Shown here piece after piece: positions 17,278 through 27,718 of a stretch of 64,000 nucleotides of DNA; position 1 is the first letter of the stretch; each line of letters begins with the position of its first letter. The notes beneath the pieces were generated by a model. The model searched no databases. It saw only the letters and a list, made by a program, of their open reading frames with translations, and was not told the DNA's origin. The translations under genes and the position numbers were made by a program. The stretch is taken from assembly GCA_024638845.1 (NCBI GenBank), contig JAHEJN010000004.1, positions 13,748 through 77,747 of the forward strand, read 5' to 3'. The stretch is from Acidimicrobiales bacterium. GTDB taxonomy: Bacteria; Actinomycetota; Acidimicrobiia; Acidimicrobiales; JAHEJN01.

Positions 17278-17958
17278 TCAGCGTGACCGGAGAGCCAGCT
17301 GATCGCGATTCGTGATGATGTAGCGCCGATCACGCTGTTCGAGCCAGCCCAGCCGGACGAACGATGCGATGGCCTTGTTCACCCGCTCGCGACTCGCTCC
17401 CACCATCCCAGCAAGCTCTTCCTGGGTGATGGGCAACAGGAACTCCTCGTCGTCTCCCGCCAGCTCGAGCAGGCGCTTGGCCGTGCGTCCGGAGACATCG
17501 AGGAAGACCGAATCGGCGAGGGCAGTGTCCATCGTTCGCAAACGGTGGGCCAGGAGCGCGACGACGCGCCAGAGGTGTCGGGGTTCTCGCTCGTAGATCC
17601 CCCGTACCGGTTCGTACGGTACGCGTGCCACCGTCGAGGGTTCGAGGGCCCGCGCCTCGGCGGAACGACCCCGGTGGTCGAACAGGCCCATCTCGCCGAA
17701 GAGGTCGCCGGGACCCATCAGGGCCACCATCGACTCGCGACCGTCGACCGAGCGATTGGAGATGGCGACCCGACCCGACTGCATGACGAAGAGCGCGTCG
17801 GTGTCGTCGTCCTCCTGGAAGAGCACCTCGTTCCGGTCGAGATCGATCATGGTGGTCACCGCAGTGATCTCGTCGACCAGATCCATCGGCAGGTCGCCGA
17901 AGAGCTCGGTGTGGGTGAGCAGGGTGTGGACGGTCATATTGGGCGCCATGCTAGTCAC
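17278..17958 (-). CDS. crp: Crp/Fnr-family transcriptional regulator (cAMP receptor-like)
   Basis: cNMP-binding domain (LFQEDDDTDALFVMQSGRVAI...GPGDLFGEMGLFD) and a C-terminal HTH (TQEELAGMVGASRERVNKAIASF). Start could be Met1, Met4 or Met8. Confidence 0.85.
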   Translation of the reverse strand: MTSMAPNMTVHTLLTHTELFGDLPMDLVDEITAVTTMIDLDRNEVLFQEDDDTDALFVMQSGRVAISNRSVDGRESMVALMGPGDLFGEMGLFDHRGRSAEARALEPSTVARVPYEPVRGIYEREPRHLWRVVALLAHRLRTMDTALADSVFLDVSGRTAKRLLELAGDDEEFLLPITQEELAGMVGASRERVNKAIASFVRLGWLEQRDRRYIITNRDQLALRSR

Positions 17959-17959
17959 C

Positions 17960-18457
17960 GTGCCGCAGCCCGTAGGTCCGAGCTCATCGAGTGAATGGCC
18001 CCGACTGGTACTGCCGGCCTCGAGCCGGGAGATCGATCACGGCGCGGGGGCGTTCCGGACCGCACTCGCCGACGCGCGGGAGCGGGAGTCGCCGCTGGTG
18101 ATCGAGGCCGAAGACCGACCGCACGTGTCCCAAGCACTGCTCCAGGCCGCCCGGAGTGCTCTTGGTGTCGCGGGCGCGGTCGTCGTGATCTCCCCGGTCA
18201 CCGACACGATTCGGTCCGCCGACGGCCGGCTGGTCGATCGCCGTGCGCTCGTGGAGGTCGGTTCCCCGATGGTGCTGGGCGGTGACGCCGTTGCCGCCCT
18301 GGTCGCCGATTCGAGCGTCGGCCCTTCGATCGCGTCGATCCTCGACGCCCTCCTCGCCAGTGGCGTCGAGATCGTCACCGTTCCCGGTGACGGGAGCGAC
18401 GGTTGGGCCGCCGCTCCCGATCACGCCGCGCTCACCCGTGCAAGAGTGGGTCGATGA
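17960..18457 (+). CDS. Short, degenerate IspD-like protein translationally coupled to ispF
   Basis: Keeps an IspD-like middle segment (ISPVTDTIRSADGRLVDRRALVEVGSPMVL) but lacks the AAGxGxR and HDAARP motifs. About 166 aa from a GTG. Its stop overlaps the ispF ATG (ATGA). Confidence 0.4.
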   Translation: MPQPVGPSSSSEWPRLVLPASSREIDHGAGAFRTALADARERESPLVIEAEDRPHVSQALLQAARSALGVAGAVVVISPVTDTIRSADGRLVDRRALVEVGSPMVLGGDAVAALVADSSVGPSIASILDALLASGVEIVTVPGDGSDGWAAAPDHAALTRARVGR

Positions 18458-18930
18458 CCCCTACCGTTCGAGTTGGCCAAGGCTTCGACATCCACCCGTT
18501 CAGTTCCGATCCGGACCGAGTGATGGTCCTCGGCGGCATCGAGTTCGACGGTCCGGGTCTGGCCGGTCACTCCGACGCCGACGTCGTCGCCCATGCGGTG
18601 ATCGACGCGCTGCTCGGCGCCGCTGGTCTGGGCGACATCGGTGCGCTGTTCCCTGACTCGGATCCGGCGTTGGCGGGGGCCGACAGCATGTCGCTGTTGA
18701 CCGACGCGGTGCTTCGGGTGACCGACGCCGGTTTCACGGTGGGCAATGTCGACTGCACTGTCGTCATGGAGGCTCCCAAGCTGGCGCCGCGACGGGCAGA
18801 GGTCGAGGCGAGCCTGACTGCGGCCGTCGGCGCCCCGGTCACGGTCAAGGGCAAACGCGCCGAGGGCCTCGGAGCCCTCGGGCGTCGGGAAGGGGTGGCC
18901 TGCATGGCTGTCGCATTGGTGTCGAGATGA
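18454..18930 (+). CDS. ispF: 2-C-methyl-D-erythritol 2,4-cyclodiphosphate synthase
   Basis: MTPTVRVGQGFDIHPF...LGGIEF...GLAGHSDADVVAHAVIDALLGAAGLGDIG. Confidence 0.9.
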   Translation: MTPTVRVGQGFDIHPFSSDPDRVMVLGGIEFDGPGLAGHSDADVVAHAVIDALLGAAGLGDIGALFPDSDPALAGADSMSLLTDAVLRVTDAGFTVGNVDCTVVMEAPKLAPRRAEVEASLTAAVGAPVTVKGKRAEGLGALGRREGVACMAVALVSR

Positions 18931-19823
18931 GCAGCAAGGGTCGAGGTCGAGGCACGCAACGAAGGCGGCGCTCTGGTCCGAGTCGGGCCGGGGGCAGCTC
19001 GCGCACCCGATCAGGGTCCTCGCCCACCGAGCCGACGTCGTCGGGACCGCGGCCGGGCGCGATGAAGAAGGGGCTCGGCGGCGAGCAGATCGAGGGTCGC
19101 CACGCTGTGCGCGAACTGCTGATGGCCGGCAGCCGTCGGGTTCGTGAAGTCGTGTTGGCCGACGATCTCGATCCGGCCGCCATCATCGACGAGATCGTGG
19201 TGCTCGCCGACGAGGCGAAGGTCTCGCTCAAACGGGTGCCCCGCAAGAAGTTCGAGGCGGCCGCGCGTACCACCGGTCCGCAGGGTGTCATGGCCTCGGC
19301 TGCTGCGCTCGAACCCGTGGCGCTCGCCCAGCTGATCGAGTCCAGCCCCGTCGCCCCCTTCCTGCTTCTCGTCGACGGTGTCACCGATCCGGGCAATCTG
19401 GGAGCGCTGTTGCGCACCGCCGAATGCGCCGGTGTGACGGGCGTGGTGTTGCCTCGGCATCGCGCCGTCCACATCACGCCGACCGTGGCCAAGGCCGCGG
19501 CGGGTGCGATCGAACACCTGCGGTTCGCCACGGTGAGCGGGCTGCCGGCCGCGATCTCCGAGCTGTCGGCGATGGGGGTGTGGACCGTCGGACTCGACGT
19601 CGCCTCCGAACATCCGTTGTGGGACTTCTCCATGGCCACCGACCCCGTGGCGCTGGTGCTCGGGGCCGAGGGGAAGGGCATGAGCCGCCTGGTACGCGAG
19701 CGCTGCGATCTCATCGTGACGATCCCCATGGCCGGGAGCCTCGAGTCGCTCAACGTGAGCGCGGCCGGTGCCCTGGCCATGTTCGAGGTCACCAGGGCGC
19801 GACGGGCCCAGCCGCAGCCCTGA
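18927..19823 (+). CDS. rlmB: 23S rRNA (guanosine-2'-O)-methyltransferase RlmB (SpoU/TrmH family)
   Basis: Basic N-terminus, GRHAVRELL, C-terminal SpoU motifs (GNLGALLRTAECAGV...LVLGAEGKGMS...IPMAGSLESLNVSAA). The ATG overlaps the ispF stop. Confidence 0.85.
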   Translation: MSSKGRGRGTQRRRRSGPSRAGGSSRTRSGSSPTEPTSSGPRPGAMKKGLGGEQIEGRHAVRELLMAGSRRVREVVLADDLDPAAIIDEIVVLADEAKVSLKRVPRKKFEAAARTTGPQGVMASAAALEPVALAQLIESSPVAPFLLLVDGVTDPGNLGALLRTAECAGVTGVVLPRHRAVHITPTVAKAAAGAIEHLRFATVSGLPAAISELSAMGVWTVGLDVASEHPLWDFSMATDPVALVLGAEGKGMSRLVRERCDLIVTIPMAGSLESLNVSAAGALAMFEVTRARRAQPQP

Positions 19824-19847
19824 CGGGTCGCTACGCTTGCTGCCGAC

Positions 19848-19920
<73 letters not shown>

Positions 19921-19966
19921 CTTCACCATCCGCGTCCGGAGGCGGTGCGTCGTCCACCCTTGTCCG

Positions 19967-20227
19967 GTGACCCTGACGCCGCGGGAGCAGGCCATCATCG
20001 ACTTCGAACGGGTGTGGTGGCGCGAGCCGGGTTCGAAGGAGTCGGCGATTCGTCAGCGATTCTCGCTGTCGACGAGTCGGTACTACCACCTGCTCGGCCG
20101 GCTGCTGGAGACCCCCGAGGCCCTGGCCTACGATCCGTTGGTCGTGCGCCGGCTCCGCCGCGAGCGACTGCGACGGAGAAGGGTGAAGTTCGAGGGCCGT
20201 TCGGACTACGGGGCGAAGGGGCGCTAG
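19967..20227 (+). CDS. DUF3263-domain protein
   Basis: LTPREQAIIDFERVWWREPGSKESAIRQRFSLSTSRYYHLLGRLLETPEALAYDPLVVRRLRR. Confidence 0.7.
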   Translation: MTLTPREQAIIDFERVWWREPGSKESAIRQRFSLSTSRYYHLLGRLLETPEALAYDPLVVRRLRRERLRRRRVKFEGRSDYGAKGR

Positions 20228-20254
20228 ATTCATTCCCATGACAGGGAACTGCAT

Positions 20255-20917
20255 ATGAACACATCTGCCTCCCGGGGCGCAATCCTGGTCGTCGCGGGCA
20301 TCATCGTCGGCGCGTTCGTGCTCGGACGCGGTCTGGACTCAGGTGGGGGGTCCTTCACCGTCGTGGAGGTCGGGGCGGTCACGGTCGACGAGACCGCCGA
20401 TGGCACGCAGACCACCGCTACCGGGGCCGTGATAGAGGAGATCGACACCGACGGCGACGGCGAGCCCGACACGACGGCAATCGACACCGACGGCGACGGC
20501 GCAGCCGACACCGAGGCGATCGACACCGACGCGGACGGTGTGGTCGACACCCCGATCGACACGGCACCACCGCTGACGCCCCAGGCCCGGCCACCGGCGG
20601 AGGTCCGGGTACTCGTGGCCAACGGCACATCGATCAACGGTGCGGCCGGTGTGGCCACCGACAAGCTCATCGCTCGCAACTACGCGACCCTCACGCCCAC
20701 CAACGCCGAAACCGTCGACGTCACCGTGATCTACTACGAAGCCGACTACGAGGCCGATGCGGTGCTGGTCGCGCAGTACCTCTCGGCCCGGCCCGATCAG
20801 GTCGCACCGCTGCCGGCGACCGATCCGGGTGGTGTCGATCGCCGCGGCGCCAACATCTTGGTCATTCTCGGTGCCGACGAGGTCACCCAGCCCGCGGCCG
20901 AAGAGACCACGGGCTGA
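20255..20917 (+). CDS. Membrane-anchored LytR_C-domain protein with Asp-rich calcium-binding-type repeats
   Basis: N-terminal TM helix, IDTDGDGxxDTxA repeats, then VRVLVANGTSINGAAGVATDKLIARNY...VIYY (LytR C-terminal domain). Confidence 0.7.
   Translation: MNTSASRGAILVVAGIIVGAFVLGRGLDSGGGSFTVVEVGAVTVDETADGTQTTATGAVIEEIDTDGDGEPDTTAIDTDGDGAADTEAIDTDADGVVDTPIDTAPPLTPQARPPAEVRVLVANGTSINGAAGVATDKLIARNYATLTPTNAETVDVTVIYYEADYEADAVLVAQYLSARPDQVAPLPATDPGGVDRRGANILVILGADEVTQPAAEETTG
20441..20566 (+). repeat. In-frame 39/39/36-bp tandem repeats encoding IDTDGDG-type (DxDxDG) units
   Basis: ATCGACACCGAC recurs at 20441, 20480, 20519 and 20555. Confidence 0.8.
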
Positions 20918-20988
20918 GCCGTCCCTGACCGGCGCCGGCCGAGGTCGGCGATCCGGCGAGGGCATCGATGGTGCGCAAGGATGGGTCG

Positions 20989-21972
20989 ATGCGCGTGGTC
21001 ATCGCCCCCGACAAGTTCCGTGGCAGCGCGGCGGCCGACGAGGTCGTGACCGCAGCCTGCCGGGGGGCCAGTTCGGCTGGTTGGGAGTGCGACGGGATTG
21101 CCCTGGCCGACGGTGGCGAAGGCATGTTGGCCGCCTTCGGTGGGCCGAACCGCGAGTCGACCGTCACCGGCCCGCTGGGTGATCCGGTCAGCGCCGGTTG
21201 GCGCCTCGACAACAAGACGGCGGTGGTGGAGATGGCGCAGGCGTCGGGGCTGGACCTGGTGGAGGAGAACGACCCCATGGCCGCCACCACCTATGGAACC
21301 GGCGAGCTGATCGAACAAGCAGTGCAGAGGGGGGCATCCCGGGTGATCGTGGGGCTCGGGGGGAGTGCCACGACCGACGGCGGTCTCGGCGCGCTCCGAG
21401 CGCTGCACCCCGCGCAGCGCCTCCGCGGCGTCGACATGGTCGTGGCCTGTGACGTCACCACGCGCTTCGTCGATGCCGCCCAGATCTTCGGTCCCCAGAA
21501 GGGGGCAACGCCGGCCCAGGTCGAGCTCTTGCGTCGTCGCCTCGAACGCCTGGTGCAGATGTACATAGAGGATCACGAGGTCGACGTGTCGGCGCTTCCG
21601 GGCGCGGGGGCAGCAGGGGGTCTCGCCGGTGGTCTGGCGGCCATCGGCGCTCGGCTCGTGCCCGGTTTCGAGCTCATAGCCGACGAGCTCGGGCTGGCCG
21701 AGCTGGTCGAGGGCGCCGATCTGGTGATAACCGGTGAGGGTCTGGTCGACGACCAGTCGTTCAGGGGCAAGGTCGTCGGCGGGGTGATCGAGATCGCCGA
21801 GGAGCTCGGGGTGCCGGTGGTGATCGTGTGCGGCGCCGCCGAGGTCGAGGCACCCGGTGACGTGAAGCTGGTGTCGATCTCGGAGACATACGGAGAAGAA
21901 CGCAGCTGGAACGACACGTTGGCGTGCATCGAGGACGCGGTGGCCACCGAGCTCCGGGCGCGCCGGGCGTGA
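20989..21972 (+). CDS. glxK: Glycerate kinase
   Basis: MRVVIAPDKFRGSAAADEV...ALADGGEGM...VGLGGSATTDGGLGALRAL...VITGEG. Confidence 0.8.
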   Translation: MRVVIAPDKFRGSAAADEVVTAACRGASSAGWECDGIALADGGEGMLAAFGGPNRESTVTGPLGDPVSAGWRLDNKTAVVEMAQASGLDLVEENDPMAATTYGTGELIEQAVQRGASRVIVGLGGSATTDGGLGALRALHPAQRLRGVDMVVACDVTTRFVDAAQIFGPQKGATPAQVELLRRRLERLVQMYIEDHEVDVSALPGAGAAGGLAGGLAAIGARLVPGFELIADELGLAELVEGADLVITGEGLVDDQSFRGKVVGGVIEIAEELGVPVVIVCGAAEVEAPGDVKLVSISETYGEERSWNDTLACIEDAVATELRARRA

Positions 21973-22002
21973 CTCCTCATCGCCTCCGGTACAATCCCGA
22001 CC

Positions 22003-22278
22003 ATGTCAGTCATCATTCGCATCCCCACCACGCTCCGCACGCTCACCGCCGGCGAGGCCGAAGTCGAGGTCGACTCGGGCTCGGTGGGTGACGTCCTGGG
22101 CCGCCTCGACGCCGCTCACCCGGGATTCACCCAACGAATCCTCGACGACGACGGCAATCTCCGACGCTTCGTGAACGTCTTCGTTTCCGACGACGATGTG
22201 CGCTTTCTCGACGGTATGGACACGCCCGTTTCCGACGGCGACACCGTCGCCATCATCCCGGCTGTCGCCGGAGGCTGA
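22003..22278 (+). CDS. CysO/MoaD/ThiS-family sulfur-carrier protein
   Basis: 91 aa, [23 protein letters not shown]...[10 protein letters not shown] (C-terminal GG). TACAAT hexamer lies 7 nt upstream of the ATG. Confidence 0.7.
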   Translation: MSVIIRIPTTLRTLTAGEAEVEVDSGSVGDVLGRLDAAHPGFTQRILDDDGNLRRFVNVFVSDDDVRFLDGMDTPVSDGDTVAIIPAVAGG

Positions 22279-24021
<1,743 letters not shown>

Positions 24022-24047
24022 CCGCCCCTTTCGCTGAACGTCTTTGC

Positions 24048-24075
24048 GGTGCCCCGGCCTGGCCGCCGGGGCACC
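24048..24075 (+). terminator. GC-rich hairpin downstream of groEL
   Basis: GGTGCCCCGGC-ctggcc-GCCGGGGCACC (11-bp stem). No clear U-tract. Confidence 0.5.
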
Positions 24076-24117
24076 GCCGCGTCCGGGGTCGCCGACGACG
24101 GCGGCGGAGCGTCCGGA

Positions 24118-24282
24118 TCAGATCGAGCGGCGGGCGACGTCACGGGTCGCATCGAGAACCGTGCGTGACTGGAACAGGCTGGCGACGTCGGCACCGCTCG
24201 TGCGGAGATCCTGATGATGGTTCCACCGGGCGAGCAGCTCGGTGAAAACCTGGTCGTTCTGAGGTGTCCATGTCGTGATCAT
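24118..24282 (-). CDS. 54-aa hypothetical small protein, probably leaderless
   Basis: Own translation (below the track length cut-off): MITTWTPQNDQVFTELLARWNHHQDLRTSGADVASLFQSRTVLDATRDVARRSI. TTGAAG-N16-TATCGT ends 7 nt before the ATG. GC3-rich. Confidence 0.35.
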   Translation of the reverse strand: MITTWTPQNDQVFTELLARWNHHQDLRTSGADVASLFQSRTVLDATRDVARRSI

Positions 24283-24347
24283 GAAGGCGACGATAGCGAG
24301 CAGCCTCGAACCTTCAACTTCGGAACAATTGCGTTATCGTCCAATTG

Positions 24348-24362
24348 CTTTTGAATCAAAAG
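24348..24362. promoter_or_regulatory. Perfect 15-bp palindrome in an AT-rich intergenic region (candidate operator)
   Basis: CTTTTGA-A-TCAAAAG, between the divergent small ORF and the Lrp/AsnC regulator gene. Confidence 0.3.
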
Positions 24363-24451
24363 TAGAAATCGACAAACAGCAGGGGAATTGCCGATAGGGT
24401 GGCAGGAGGAAGGCGCTCACTTCACGAAACCACCTTCGGAGAGTTTCTCGC

Positions 24452-24913
24452 GTGGCTCTCGACGACATCGACATCCTTCTCATCGACGCCCTGCAGGACG
24501 ATGCGCGGGCGAGCTACCGAGAGCTCGGCGAGCGCGTCGGCCTGACCCCGCCCGCGGTCGCGGCCCGGATGCGCCGGCTGGAGAACACCGGGGTCATTCG
24601 CGGGTACACCGTCTCGATCGAACCGGCCGCCATCGGCTACCCCCTCCTCGGCATCATGCGGGTGAACTCGCCGGGTGCCCGCCACGAGATCGACGAGATC
24701 GCCGTCACCATGCCCGAGGTCGTCGAGTGCCGCCGGGTCACCGGAGCCGAGAGCCACGTGTTGCGCGTGTGGCTGCGCGACACGAACCACCTCGAGGAGG
24801 TGCTCGACCGCCTCCAGCCCTACGGCGAGACGATCACGAACATCGTCACGTCGTCGCCGGTTCCCCGACGGGAGTTGCGTCCCAGCCAGCTTCCTGGGGT
24901 GACCCGCCGCTGA
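24452..24913 (+). CDS. lrp: Lrp/AsnC-family transcriptional regulator
   Basis: LDDIDILLIDALQDDARASYRELGERVGLTPPAVAARMRRLENTGVIRGY plus an RAM-like C-terminal domain. GTG start with GGAGAG upstream. Confidence 0.85.
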   Translation: MALDDIDILLIDALQDDARASYRELGERVGLTPPAVAARMRRLENTGVIRGYTVSIEPAAIGYPLLGIMRVNSPGARHEIDEIAVTMPEVVECRRVTGAESHVLRVWLRDTNHLEEVLDRLQPYGETITNIVTSSPVPRRELRPSQLPGVTRR

Positions 24914-24948
24914 GTCGTGGCGTCGGTGCCGACCTACGCTTCGACGTG

Positions 24949-25743
24949 ATGGCTCGAGGACGCACCCGCACGGTTCTCGCCCGCCGGTGGTCGGGCCGGC
25001 AGTCGTCGCGTGGACCGGCCGAGCTCATCATCGAGGAGCCGCTCACGATCCACCGCGACGGTGACCTGGTCGCAACCACCATGCGCACGCCCGGCAACGA
25101 CTTCGAGCTGGCTGTCGGATTCCTCCACGCGGAGGGTGCGCTCGACGGGGCGACGATCACGACGGTCCGGTACTGCGGCACCGGCGGCGCTGTCGAGACC
25201 GAGTTCAACGTGGTCACGGTCGACACCGACGGATCGGGGCCGGAGCTGGCGCCTCGCCTCCAGACCGTCACCTCGGCGTGTGGCCTGTGCGGCGCCGATG
25301 ACATCGCCGAGCTCCGGGCGCGGCTGGGGCGACTCCCGGCGGCTGTCCCGTGGCCGCCGGAGATGCTCGCAACGGTCGGGAACCGCGCCCGGGCCGAACA
25401 GGGCCTGTTCGATGCCACCGGTTCGGTTCACGCGGCGGCCGTCTTCGATCGCGAGGGGCGGCTGCAGTCGGTGCGGGAAGACATCGGCCGACACAACGCC
25501 GTCGACAAGGTCGTCGGCCAATTGCGCCTCGGGGATCGTTTGCCGGCGATCGATCTGGGGCTCTTCGTCAGTGGCCGGGCATCGTTCGAGATGGTGAGCA
25601 AGGCGTGGGCTGCGGGTTTCGAGGTACTGGTCGCGGTGAGCGGACCGTCGGCGTTGGCCGTCGAGGCCGCACGGACCGCCGGCCTGGGGCTGGCCGCATT
25701 CGCCCGGGGCGACTCGGTCACCGTGTACAGCCCTGACCGCTAG
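24949..25743 (+). CDS. fdhD: Formate dehydrogenase accessory sulfurtransferase FdhD
   Basis: ...EEPLTIHRDGDLVATTMRTPGNDFELAVGFLHAEG...TSACGLCG...REDIGRHNAVDKVVG...SGRASFEMVSKA. Confidence 0.85.
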   Translation: MARGRTRTVLARRWSGRQSSRGPAELIIEEPLTIHRDGDLVATTMRTPGNDFELAVGFLHAEGALDGATITTVRYCGTGGAVETEFNVVTVDTDGSGPELAPRLQTVTSACGLCGADDIAELRARLGRLPAAVPWPPEMLATVGNRARAEQGLFDATGSVHAAAVFDREGRLQSVREDIGRHNAVDKVVGQLRLGDRLPAIDLGLFVSGRASFEMVSKAWAAGFEVLVAVSGPSALAVEAARTAGLGLAAFARGDSVTVYSPDR

Positions 25744-25785
25744 GGCCCGGTCGGCGCAGCCAGAGCTGCTCGTACACTCGGACCC

Positions 25786-26487
25786 ATGACCGACTCCGCC
25801 GCCACCGCGGTCACGCCGAATACCGGCCTGGTCGTGGTCCATCTGTTCTGCACTGCCGGCCTCCTGGTCGACCGGGATGCCATCGCCGCCGCGGTCGACT
25901 CGGCCACGGCCGCCGATGTACAGGTGATTCCCATCGCGATTCTCGGCCACAAGGCCGATCTCGCCTTCATGGGTCTCTGCACCGACATGTGGCAGCTCCG
26001 CCGCTTCCAGACCGACCTCCAGCGGGCCGGCCTGGTCGTGGTCGACAGCTACGTGTCGATCACCGAGGTGAGCGAGTACGCCGCCGGCGTGCCCGACGAA
26101 ATGAAGAACATGCGGCTCTACCCCGAGCTTCCCCCCGAGGGCAAGGCCGCCTGGTGCTTCTACCCCATGTCGAAGCGGCGAGGGGAGACCGACAACTGGT
26201 TCACCCTCGATTTCGACCGCCGCAAGGAGCTGATGATCGAACACGGCGCCAGCGGTCGCACCTTCGCGGGCCGAGTGGTCCAGCTCATCACTGGCAGTGC
26301 CGGTCTCGACGACTACGAATGGGGCGTCACCCTCTTCTGCACCCACGTCGACGATCTCAAGGACGTGGTCTACACGATGCGCTTCGACGAGGCTTCGGCG
26401 GTGTACGCCGAGTTCGGTCCGTTCTACACCGGCACCGTCGACACCCTCGAGCGGATCCTCGCCGAGGTCCTGGGCCCCGTCGACTGA
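25786..26487 (+). CDS. hemQ: Coproheme decarboxylase (chlorite-dismutase family, HemQ/ChdC)
   Basis: 233 aa; ...VVHLFC...[31 protein letters not shown]...[25 protein letters not shown] hexamer lies 7 nt before the ATG. Confidence 0.8.
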   Translation: MTDSAATAVTPNTGLVVVHLFCTAGLLVDRDAIAAAVDSATAADVQVIPIAILGHKADLAFMGLCTDMWQLRRFQTDLQRAGLVVVDSYVSITEVSEYAAGVPDEMKNMRLYPELPPEGKAAWCFYPMSKRRGETDNWFTLDFDRRKELMIEHGASGRTFAGRVVQLITGSAGLDDYEWGVTLFCTHVDDLKDVVYTMRFDEASAVYAEFGPFYTGTVDTLERILAEVLGPVD

Positions 26488-26564
26488 GCCGGTTCACCCC
26501 TGGCGACGATGTCCTTTGCGGGCGGGGCGATCGCCTTCGTGGGAATTCGGTCCTATCGTGGTTA

Positions 26565-26612
26565 CCCGGCACAGCCGAAGCTGTCCGGGCTGCACAGGCC
26601 CGGCATCGTTTT
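26565..26612 (+). promoter_or_regulatory. Two overlapping, mutually exclusive hairpins; the second is terminator-like (attenuator candidate)
   Basis: Hairpin A: CCCGGCACAGC-cgaa-GCTGTCCGGG. Hairpin B: CCGGGC-tgcacag-GCCCGG followed by CATCGTTTTCC. A's 3' arm and B's 5' arm share CCGGG. Located just before the SBP gene's RBS. Confidence 0.3.
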
Positions 26613-26632
26613 CCAGGAGAGGGAATCCCCAC

Positions 26633-27481
26633 ATGCGTACCAACTTGTTGCGGCTGCTCGCGATGCTCATGGCCTTCGGCCTCATCGCCACAGCTTGCGG
26701 ATCCGACAGCGACGAGCCCAGTGCATCGGCCGACGCGCCATCCGAGAGCGGCCTGCCCGACCTCGGAGGTCGCACCGTCAGCATCGCCATCGAGAACGCC
26801 TATCTCCCGTTCAACTACATCGATGCGGCCGACGGTGAGGCCAAGGGCTGGGACTACGACGCCATCGACGAGATGTGCACTCGCCTCAACTGCGTACCCG
26901 ACTACCAGACCTTCGGTTGGGACGGCATGATCCAGGCCGTGTCCGACGGACAGTTCGACATGGCCGCCGACGGCATCACCATCACCGCCGAGCGGGCCGA
27001 GGTGGTCGACTACTCGGTCGGCTACATCAACATCGACCAGCGCATCCTGGTGGGCATCGACGAGGAGGAGATCGTCGACATCGATGCCCTGGTCGCCTCC
27101 GACTGCAACGTCGGTACCCAGCCCGGTACCACGAACTACGACAAGGCGGTCGACACAGTCGGCGAAGGTCGCGTGCAGGGCTTCGAGACCTTCGGGTTTG
27201 CGGTCCAGGCGCTCATCAGCGGCGACGTGTGTGCCGTGTTCATCGACGAGACCGCCGGCCAGGGTTATCTCGGCGAGAATGCCGACAAGGTGAAGCTCGT
27301 GGGCGAGTCGCTCAGCTCCGACGAGCTGGGCTTCATCTTCCCCAAGGGCTCCGACCTGGTCGAGCCGTTCAACGCCGCCATCAACTCGATGAAGGCCGAT
27401 GGCTCGCTCGACGCGCTGGCCCAGACCTACTTCGGCAGCTCCTTCACCATCACCTACGACGACATCGCCGAGGTCGAGTGA
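26633..27481 (+). CDS. Polar amino acid ABC transporter substrate-binding lipoprotein (family 3)
   Basis: [25 protein letters not shown] lipobox; ...[12 protein letters not shown]...[11 protein letters not shown]...[13 protein letters not shown] is AGGAGAGGG. Confidence 0.85.
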   Translation: MRTNLLRLLAMLMAFGLIATACGSDSDEPSASADAPSESGLPDLGGRTVSIAIENAYLPFNYIDAADGEAKGWDYDAIDEMCTRLNCVPDYQTFGWDGMIQAVSDGQFDMAADGITITAERAEVVDYSVGYINIDQRILVGIDEEEIVDIDALVASDCNVGTQPGTTNYDKAVDTVGEGRVQGFETFGFAVQALISGDVCAVFIDETAGQGYLGENADKVKLVGESLSSDELGFIFPKGSDLVEPFNAAINSMKADGSLDALAQTYFGSSFTITYDDIAEVE

Positions 27482-27496
27482 TGTGACGACTTCGGT

Positions 27497-27527
27497 GACG
27501 AGGCCCGGCCCGGTGCCGGGCCTCGTC
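27497..27527. terminator. Hairpin terminator between convergent ABC genes
   Basis: GACGAGGCCCGGC-ccggt-GCCGGGCCTCGTC (13-bp stem) followed by CCGTTTTCGGG. Confidence 0.7.
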
Positions 27528-27538
27528 CCGTTTTCGGG

Positions 27539-27718
27539 CTAGTGCGACAGAACCTTGTCTCTGGCTCTTCGCCCGAGGGCTCATCGCGGTGCGCTCCTGC
27601 TCGGAGCGCCGTTCTGTCGCTAGTGCGACAGAACCTTGTCTCTGGCTCTTCGCCCGAGGGCTCATCGCGGTGCGCTCCTGCTCGGAGCGCCGTTCTGTCG
27701 CTAGTGCGACAGAACCTT
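27539..27718. repeat. Exact 81-bp tandem repeat: 2 full copies plus an 18-bp third copy that is the 3' end of the ABC ATPase CDS
   Basis: Units 27539..27619 and 27620..27700 are identical by eye. Each starts CTAGTGCGACAGAACCTT, the reverse complement of ...KVLSH-stop. The same 18 nt at 27701..27718 is the real gene end. Confidence 0.9.

Noticed and set aside
26509-26838. 109-aa ORF spanning the leader and start of the amino acid SBP gene; considered as a possible leader peptide.
   Set aside because: It runs out of frame through the lipoprotein signal sequence of a well-supported gene and has no SD. It is far too long for an attenuation leader peptide.
27539-27718. Possible CRISPR array.
   Set aside because: The units are directly abutting with no unique spacers, there are only 2.2 copies, the period is 81 bp, and no cas genes are nearby. 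It is a tandem duplication, not a CRISPR.
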